Positions 55,621 to 64,000 of a DNA stretch of 64,000 bases are shown one piece after another (positions within the stretch are counted from its first letter, which is position 1; every line of letters starts with the position of its first letter). Under the pieces are notes generated by a model that was not told the origin of the DNA, did not search any database, and saw only the letters and a program-made list of their open reading frames with translations. A program made the position numbers and the translations under genes. Origin of the DNA: the human T2T-CHM13v2.0 reference genome, Homo sapiens. Location: NCBI RefSeq assembly GCF_009914755.1, contig NC_060931.1; one strand, 5' to 3'.

Positions 55621-58009
55621 AAAAAATTAGTTAAAAATGGAAAAATTAATTGAATCAATCTTTTTAAAGAATAACTTTATAATATTATAATAACTACCTC
55701 TTTATTTTTCAACTTAGCTCTAATGAGAACTCTGCAATATTACTTTATACCCAATTTACAGATGGAAAAACAATTTGGAGATGTTAGTTATCTTGTCCAA
55801 AGCCACAAAGATAATCATCAGTTAAAATTATATTGATTGATAGATTGCCTAGATTATCATGGTAAGTGGCAAACAGCATCAGAAATTTTATGTATAATGT
55901 GAGGTCTATTAAGCTAAAAATATATGAAAATTGGGGAAAAGAAACCACCAAATGTCAACAAATCTACCTTTGAGGTGTGGCCTGATGGGTGAATTTCATT
56001 TTCTTCCATGATGAGCACAGGTGGTATTTTAAAATAAAAGAAAGACAAAAGCATTTTAAAAGTTGTTCTGCATAAGAAGCACTAAGGCCCGTGAAACTCA
56101 ATCAGACAGCAAGACCATCTTTCCATGTGACACTAATGTGCCTCCTAACGCTTCCCAAAGGCAACGTAATAGACATGGAATAGGGCAGTGGTTAACAGCA
56201 TGGAATTTGATGTGCATTTAAGGTTACTTAAGCTCTTGGATTTTTAATTTTCTTATTCATATAAAGTCATTTCATTTTGGGTATGCTGCATGAGAGTATA
56301 TATACAAGGTTCCTGCCACATATCAATAATAGAACCAATGTTTCAATTATGGTTACTAGTAAAGCTTAGAAGGTGGGTGTTGTTTTTCTAGAGATAAATG
56401 TGTACTCAATTCAAGCCTTTCAGATACAGTTAACAACTAAACATATAAAGAATACATCTAAGAAGAATATACAAATTTAAGTTAGATAATTTTTATTTAT
56501 TTCAAGTGAATTCAAAGGGAGGCTGACTGATAAGTAATTCACTGTAATGGATAATTCCAACTCCTCTGTAGTTGTTCAAATACTGAGAACTGAGCAAGAT
56601 ACACCAAATCTCAAACCTCTAAACTCCTCTGAGTGACGAAGAGGAGATATCTTATGGCCTGGAGCCCTTGGGGATATTGAACATTCTGTACGTGGGTCCT
56701 TTCCATATCAGTAATCATTAAATCTTATGATTTGCAACCAGATATCAATCTAGAAAACTGAAGAAAAAACTTGCTTTGAACTCCAGTTTCCAGGCACTCT
56801 TGAATTCTCTTTGACTTATGCCCATTCTAATTATTAAAATATGAAACTCCTCTTACTCTCTTGATCAATGATAAATCAATAATCTTTGATTAATATACAG
56901 GCATTTCAGATTTTTATACAGTTATGCAGGTTGTTGTTAAGAACAGAAAAGACATTTATATTGCTACTTTCCGTGACAATAATGTGTCCAGACTTGAAAA
57001 CATGAAACAACTTAAAAATTAAAAAGCCTTGGGAGTGGTGGCTGCTATCCCACAATAACACTGGGTCACAAATGAGCCCTCCTGGATACGGGTACATGGC
57101 TTATGCCCAGCCAACATTTAATGTGGAATGTTGGTATAAATGTGAGGAATTCAGCATTAGACTTTTGCAAAAGATCTATTGGTTAATTATGTTATTAAAG
57201 ATTAATCTATAAGCTATTTGTCAAGAAAGAGGGAAGGACAAATTAAAATTATATTTTTCTTGAAATGAAGAATCAGGCTACCTGTGAGAGAAGGAATCAC
57301 TGAGTCAGTGGGATTTCTGCCTAAGGTAGCCTACGCATGGTCTCACATTTGTGCCTTCCTAGGGATAGGTAGACTGGGGAGGTAGAGGACATGTGTACAA
57401 AACATTAGTTAACACCGGAGCTTTGGGATCTGAGGCTGCTGATAAGTTTTTGTTGTTGATATTCTGGGTGGGGGTCATTCATTTATTTTTGCTATTTGTT
57501 ATCTCATTACCTCAAATCCCTTGTTTGAGATTCTTCATTAAATTATGATCTCAATTAAATCTGGAAACAATTTACATTCAGAAGAGAGAAGATACCCTGC
57601 TGTGGAGACAGGACGCGAGAGAATATATGGAAGAAAAGTGACAATGAGGAAAGGTTAAAGATAAAAGTAAGAGAGGGAGGTGAGAAGGCAAGCATGCAAA
57701 GAAAACGACAAGGGAGATGGGAGAAAATGATGGAGAAGAAAGAAGTCAAAGGGAGATCAGGAGAAAGAAACAGGATAGAACGTAGGCAGAGGAAGAAGCT
57801 CTGCAACTGAGTTTCTTGCAAGTCATTTTAATAGCAGTGGCAATTCATGAGCAAAAAGATATGAGTACAGTCTGCTTTTCTAAGGCCATAAAAACAAGAT
57901 TTTTAAATAAAAGTGCATATTTCATGAAAAACGTAAAGAAAGTGACTAACATATAATGATCTTGATGTTTTTCAATTAGTCACTATGAAATAAAACTAAG
58001 CATCATTTA

Positions 58010-59240
58010 TTTTTTCACTTATTTATTCAGCAAGTCAATTGAGCATCTAACTACTGTGACAAGCTAGTGGGACTTCAGTATAATGGACAAGCAGACATAG
58101 TCCTTGCCCATAATGAACTTCGCTTCTAGTAGAAGAGGCAAAGAAGCAAATAATGAAAAGACACACAAATTCTAGTTTACTGTATGTGCCGCTCTGCTAG
58201 ATAATAGCAATGTGGTTGGGGGAGGAAGGGATAAGAGCTAATTAAAGTGATAACTCTTGACACAGGGACCAGCATATGTAAAAACACTGATGCTGGAAAT
58301 AGGTTAACGTGACCTAGAATTTGTTCTAGGTTCGGTGTGGCAATGACACACTGATCAAAGATGAGAACAACCGGAGTTATGATTTAAGAAGCAGGGAGGG
58401 CCAGATCATTTAGTGCTTTTAAAGCATTCAAAGGGAATTTGGATTGTACATTGCTCAAAGAGAGGGCACTGAAGATTTCTAAGCAGGAGAGATAATATAC
58501 TATATACTAGTATATACTGTACTACATATACTATATACTAGTATATACTGTACTACATATACTATATACTAGTATATACTGTACTACATATACTATATAC
58601 TAGTATATACTATACTACATATACTATATACTAATATATATTTTACCAGATATACTATACTTTGCATTTTAAAATACTAATAGGATACTTTTATTAGTTT
58701 AGTGGATTTTGTCAAGTTTGCCCAGAATGAAACCTCACAGAGGTTAAGAAAGGCACAGATCAAGTGTTCTCATTTAACCAATAATGATTTTAAGACAAAG
58801 GTTCCATTTATTTCTGTTACTTATAAGATAATTATGTAAATAATAAAACATTATGTATAGTACACTACAGGCTGTGCGGTCCAGAACGGGAACCAAATCT
58901 AAGGTTATACAATAAAATTTTATTTTGTATAGTGAATCTGTATCTGCTTACATCATTCAATTTGGAAATAGTATGAAATATATAAATTATAAATATGAAG
59001 GTCAACCCTCTCTCTTTTTTTATCCATGCACCCCAGGAGACTGTAGATTGTGGTGGTGGCATTAAAGAGCAGGTGAACAGACTTCAACTTTGGAGAGTAA
59101 GATGAATCAAGAATGACTCAGTTTTTCATTTGAGTAACTTGCAGGTGGCAGTGATGCAACTTATCATGATAGGTAAGACAAGGAAAAGAAAATTATGCAT
59201 TCCGTTTTGAATACACTAGCTTCAAGATGCCTGGGTTCTC
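58010..59240 (-). mobile_element. L2 fragments
   Basis: ttattcagcaagtcaattgagcatct..., gagggccagatcatt..., tcaagaatgactcagtttttca. Confidence 0.55.
58495..58640. repeat. 31-bp AT-rich minisatellite (~4.5 copies), each unit with a 16-bp palindrome
   Basis: Unit TATATACTAGTATATACTGTACTACATATAC at 58501, 58532, 58563, 58594 and partial at 58625. Confidence 0.93.
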
Positions 59241-59561
59241 ATCTTAAATCTGCCCTTAGTCTTAATGAAGTCATATCTTCTCTAGCTTCAGAGTTACCTT
59301 TAAAATGACATCTGTGGATAGAATCGTCTTTAAGATTCTTTGCATGCCTAAAAGTTTCTTAAGTAGCACTTTACATTTATGCTGAGCTTTAGCATTTGCA
59401 AGGTACATTTTGATGCCTCATAAAAGGTATAGTACTCTTTTTATGCTGGTAGCGCATGAGCCATGCTTTCAGAAACATTTCTTCATTATCTACGGTGTCA
59501 ACCAAATGCTTAGCAGTTAGAGGCAAAGATTGATAATTGAGTGGTTTTCAAAAAAACAAGA

Positions 59562-60083
59562 GATTTATAATCCTTTGGGTGTATACCCAGTAATGCTGCT
59601 ATAAAGACACATGCACACGTATGTTTATTGCGGCATTATTCACAATAGCAAAGACTTGGAACCAACCCAAATGTCCAACAATGATAGACTGGATTAAGAA
59701 AATGTGGCACATATACACCATGGAATACTATGCAGCCATAAAAAATGATGAGTTCATGTCCTTTGTAGAGACATGGATGAAGCTGGAAACCATCATTCTC
59801 AGCAAACTATCGCAAGGACAAAAAACCAAACACCGCATGTTCTCACTCATACGTGGGAATTAAACAATGAGAACACATGGACACAGGAAGGGGAACATCA
59901 CACACCGGAGACTGTTGTGGGGTGGGGGGAGGGGGGAGGGATAGCATTAGGAGATATACCTAATGCTAAATGATGAGCTAATGGGTGCAGCACACCAACA
60001 TGGCACATGTGTACATATGTAACAACCTGCACGTTGTGCACATGTACCCTAAAACTTAAAGTATAATAATAATAAAATTAAAA
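59562..60083 (+). mobile_element. 5'-truncated L1PA with short 5' inversion
   Basis: ORF2 end (MFIAALFTIAKTWNQPKCPTMIDWIKKMW) and 3' UTR on +; 59562-59595 is the adjacent L1 segment in reverse; TSD ending acaaga. Confidence 0.88.
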
Positions 60084-60869
60084 AGAAGACAAGAAATTAA
60101 CAGACATACAATTTATCTTTGTGAATTATATTTACTAATGCACTCAATATCTAATACTGTTTTTTCTGCATTTGAAGGTGTTATTGGTCTTTAAGTCCAT
60201 ACTGTGGTCCCAGGAAATATGAGATTGTGTTGACTTTTGTCCTATAATTGGAGAAGAAGCAAAAAGGTGCGAAATTCCATTAGTCTCCCAATCATCAGCC
60301 TTTCTGAGTGTGTTGTGGAATTAAGAATAATGTTTATGGGTTGCCAGAGTATAAGATGTGCTCCCAAGGTACTGTTAAAAGCTCTTTTGAGCACAGTGGA
60401 TTTCTGCCTCTGAATTATCGATGAGCCTCACTTCGGAAATCTTTGGTCATCTGCCATCTCTGCCCTTGGAATGACATTCTTTCAGTTGAGCCCTCATTTC
60501 ATTTATAGAATAACAATTACTTTTAATTTTCACAATGAAGTTGCTGCAGATTTGTATTGTATTTCTGATTAACAGCCTTGTACCCCTTGTAAGGGTCAAT
60601 GAAATTGGGAAATTATGCTAAAAAGCTGCTATATTTTTCTTGAAGGATAGCAACAGCTTTCTGTTAGTAACTTTGATTTTATTTTATGTTTACTATAAGT
60701 ATTAACTTAAATGTAGCTTTTTACAGAAAAATATTCTTGTTTCTAAAAAATAGAGTTAGCATTATTGATATGGTTAAAATGAGTACCTTAGTTTGCCTCC
60801 TGGGATAACATAGAGCATAGCTTGTTGATTTTCTTTATTTTTATTTTTTTAGTTTCCCACCTATCTCTC

Positions 60870-62140
60870 TGATCTTTCTTCTTGTTCCCTTTTGGAGATG
60901 TATCTTTCTCTGTCCATCTTTAAAATATTGGTTATTCTTAAGATACTGTTCTTGACCTTCTTTTTTTTCTCGCTAAAACTGCTTTGCTCTCCTTGAATAC
61001 TCTTATCCATTATCATGACTTTAACTATCTGTTAAATCTGTACTTTGACCCGGATGTCTCTAATAAACTCCAAAACTATTTAGTTAATTCTTTATTTTTC
61101 GTCCACCTAAATATCCATCATGTTCAAAATTATATTCTTTTTTTAACTTTTGCTATTAAATAATATCTTCCTTAGTTATTCCTCATATAATTGAGTGAAA
61201 ACACTTTATATACAGCCACACAAAACAGAAGCCTGGGGAGCACACAAACCAGAAACCTGGGGAGCACCCCAGCTCTGCTTGGCTTCCTCACCACACACCA
61301 AGTCACTGAATGCTGATAATTACATTTCCTTCACATGTTCCATACCCATTCCCTCCAGCCTGTCCCCATGGATACCATCTCAATTCAGGTACTCACTGTC
61401 ACTTGAAAATGCAGACTCTACAGATAGCTTGGGCTCACAGTATCCAATCTCATTCTTTTAAACCATCCTTCACATTAACCAAACATTAATCTTTGTAATA
61501 ACATATCTTAGTCAAATCGTTCTACTCTTTATTTCCAATGAAGCCCAACAGAAGCTCATTTTTGAACCTCTTTCCCAGTATTATTATTGGTTTTATTGCT
61601 GTGCCCTCCTTATACCTTAAGGTGCATCCTGGTGTGTCTTTTTTTCTTGTGGTTACTTCTTTATTATTCTTACACAGTTTTACAATTTTCACTGAAATCT
61701 CTTAACTCCTCCATGCAAAGTCAAAGCCTTCCTAGATTGGACCTAATTCCTCCGGTACCAATGGGAAAATAACTTATAATCTTCTAAATCTCCAGACTCA
61801 GATGTCACTTCAGGCATAATTGAATAGGTGAGGTCCAGCCTGGCATGTCTTCCTGAAGAGTGTCTAAACTTTCCATCCACAGCAAAGCCTTTCCCTATCC
61901 ACTTTCAGAAGGATCTACCCCACCTTTCCTTGCTGCCTGCAGTATACTGTGCACACGTGTATCCCAGGTCCTACACCGCTTATTTGCATGGCTCACTTGT
62001 AGGCAGACCGTAAACTCTTGGAAGATGGAGACAGTATCTCACTAGTGTTTGCTTTTCCAGTGTCTAGGATGATCCCACACAGAGCAGATGCTCAATAAAT
62101 GTAAATTGAATGAGCGAATTAATAAATGAATGATTAATTA
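60870..62140 (+). mobile_element. L2 element (3' portion)
   Basis: Pyrimidine-rich L2 text ending gctcaataaatgtaaattgaatgagcgaat...tgaatga; contains a 24-bp tandem duplication at 61217-61264. Confidence 0.65.
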
Positions 62141-62560
62141 TTCAGTATCTACACATGGATAATTGTGGATATAAAATATCTATATGTAGATAATATATGA
62201 ATAATTGAAAAGCATCCTGGCAATATTTTATTTAGTCCTCCAGTTTTAGGTAGTTAGTAAGCTTACTTTATTTTTGTTAAGTGCTTCAGCTATTTTTTCT
62301 AACCACTGTCCATAGTTACAAAACTTTTCTTGTTATTCTTCCAGAGATTTCAGGACAAATATTCATTGAGCTTCTTTATTCTGTGCATAGAAATACACCT
62401 GCTTTGAAACCTTTATAGTCTGTGAGCCAAAATGATAGGCATATTTCCGAGTCTCCCCTGTTAGCTCACACATTAACAACCTACATCTCTCTGGAGTAAA
62501 GAACCCAGTGTGTTCTGACAAACGAGATTTGGATGTTTCTCTCTAAAATGTTGCCCAACC

Positions 62561-62566
<6 letters not shown>

Positions 62567-62598
<32 letters not shown>
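62567..62598 (+). repeat. (CA)n microsatellite
   Basis: Read directly. Confidence 0.9.
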
Positions 62599-62600
<2 letters not shown>

Positions 62601-63049
62601 TATATACATAATACATATACACATAAGAGACGTACACATAAAGGGGATAATCAGAAACATTTTCAAGGCATCCTCTGTCTATGCTTTATTATGTGAATAT
62701 AAACACAGCCCTTACACCTGAGGCATCATTATATCAAAAGTTTTGTTGAACTTTAGGAGTATATCATAGTAAAGGTGAAGGTGTGAGTTACACATTTGCT
62801 GCCCTTGAAACACCAGGGCTTCTACCATGACACCTCTTCAAGGCCAGCCTTACTCTGGCTTCTGTCTTCTCTTATTTCCTACACCCTATATCAAATCTCA
62901 GGTACTATGTGGAAAGGCCTCAATCTTTCTCACCACAGTGTGGGAGGGTTGATAGAAGTATTTTTTTTCTAATCTATCAATACCAAGTTAGAATTAACTA
63001 AGAAGGAGAAGATTTTCAAGCATTTATGACAGAAGCATGATGCTCTGCC

Positions 63050-63626
63050 TCCTCCAAGCTCCATTTAATCCATCCAGGGCAAGACTGAGATCCACGAACT
63101 TATCACAATCCAAATACTTACGGGGTGTAATTTGCAACGTGGCCCCTGGAGAATGCATGCTCTTGTTACTACAAGAGTTTTATGTGTAGAGATCCAGCTG
63201 GTTATTAAGCCATCACCTGCCAGCTTTTTTTTTTCTGAATGCCCATCCCCAGGGCCCAGAGAAATGGAGACAGGAGGATAAACTACTTTTGTTTGTTCTG
63301 GTAGACACAGAGTCTGACTGCTGTGTATCCTGTTTCCCTTAGGGACTCTACCTTGTCCTCAGGGACAATCCGTGAAGGCTTGAGTGGAGATAACCCCACC
63401 ATAAAACCTATACTGCTGGTGTTCCCAGAGAGCAGGCTGCAGTCTGCATCAGCCTATGCTAAGAAAAGAGAGACAACTCCTGCATCTGGAAATTCCTTCT
63501 CTCAGGGGCTGCTGGTGGGAGCAAGATCCTCAGCTCTGGCCTTCAAAAGCTCCTGTGATCTCTGCACAATTTCTCTAAATAGAATTATATTTCTGAGACA
63601 AGACCAGGCCTGATACCACAGTGAGT
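63050..63626 (+). promoter_or_regulatory. Candidate promoter / first non-coding exon of a downstream OR gene
   Basis: Six O/E-like sites within ~370 bp (63143, 63246, 63336, 63356, 63423, ~63499), TAAT cores at ~63066 and ~63128, and donor ACA|GTGAGT at 63620/63621; no OR CDS follows inside the window. Confidence 0.5.
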
Positions 63627-64000
63627 AAAGGGTCTTTTGCAAAGTCTGGTAGTTTAGAGAAGCTAGGGTCTGGATGAAGGCAGGGCTCCAGAAATCAGTA
63701 CATTGAATGGGAGATACAGAGGTAATTTATTGGCAGACAGTTTCCTGGGCTAAAGGTGGAGTTAGCATTTGCAGAGGTGGAGTCATAAGCTGCACATTGA
63801 GAATGACGCATTGATCATTTAACATTTGTGTACTTCTATGAAACATCCTGGTTTCCCCTTTCTATAGCCCCTGTGGCTATGTGGTTGGGGGAATGACAAG
63901 CAGAGAAAATTTAAGAAGAGTCTGAAGACTTGATTGAAATCTAGGATATGCTCTTTGAATGTTATTCCTAACGTAATGCCTTTCATTCATCCATCCATCC

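Overview
Human (primate) genomic DNA from an olfactory-receptor cluster; the single intact gene identifies it as the OR6B1 locus (7q35). The window opens inside an old processed pseudogene of the monocarboxylate transporter SLC16A1 (1-~2.57 kb). It contains one intact class II OR CDS (OR6B1, 18368-19303, +) with a sequence-inferred upstream exon and TATA/HD/O-E promoter. The rest is mostly interspersed repeats: L1, L2, MIR, Alu (including young Yd8 and Yb8 copies), LTR5A, MER11, a full THE1D, MER41A, MLT and a Tigger. Main signals: (1) a dense Lhx2/Ebf composite-motif cluster at ~52.0-52.45 kb that looks like an OR 'Greek island' enhancer; (2) splicing of the inferred upstream exon puts a strong-Kozak ATG in frame with OR6B1, predicting a 100-aa N-terminal extension; (3) an Ebf-site cluster plus splice donor at the right edge, probably the promoter of the next OR gene; (4) several informative transposon nesting and re-insertion events and structured minisatellites. 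Repeat family names come from recalled consensus sequences, and boundaries of old repeats are approximate.
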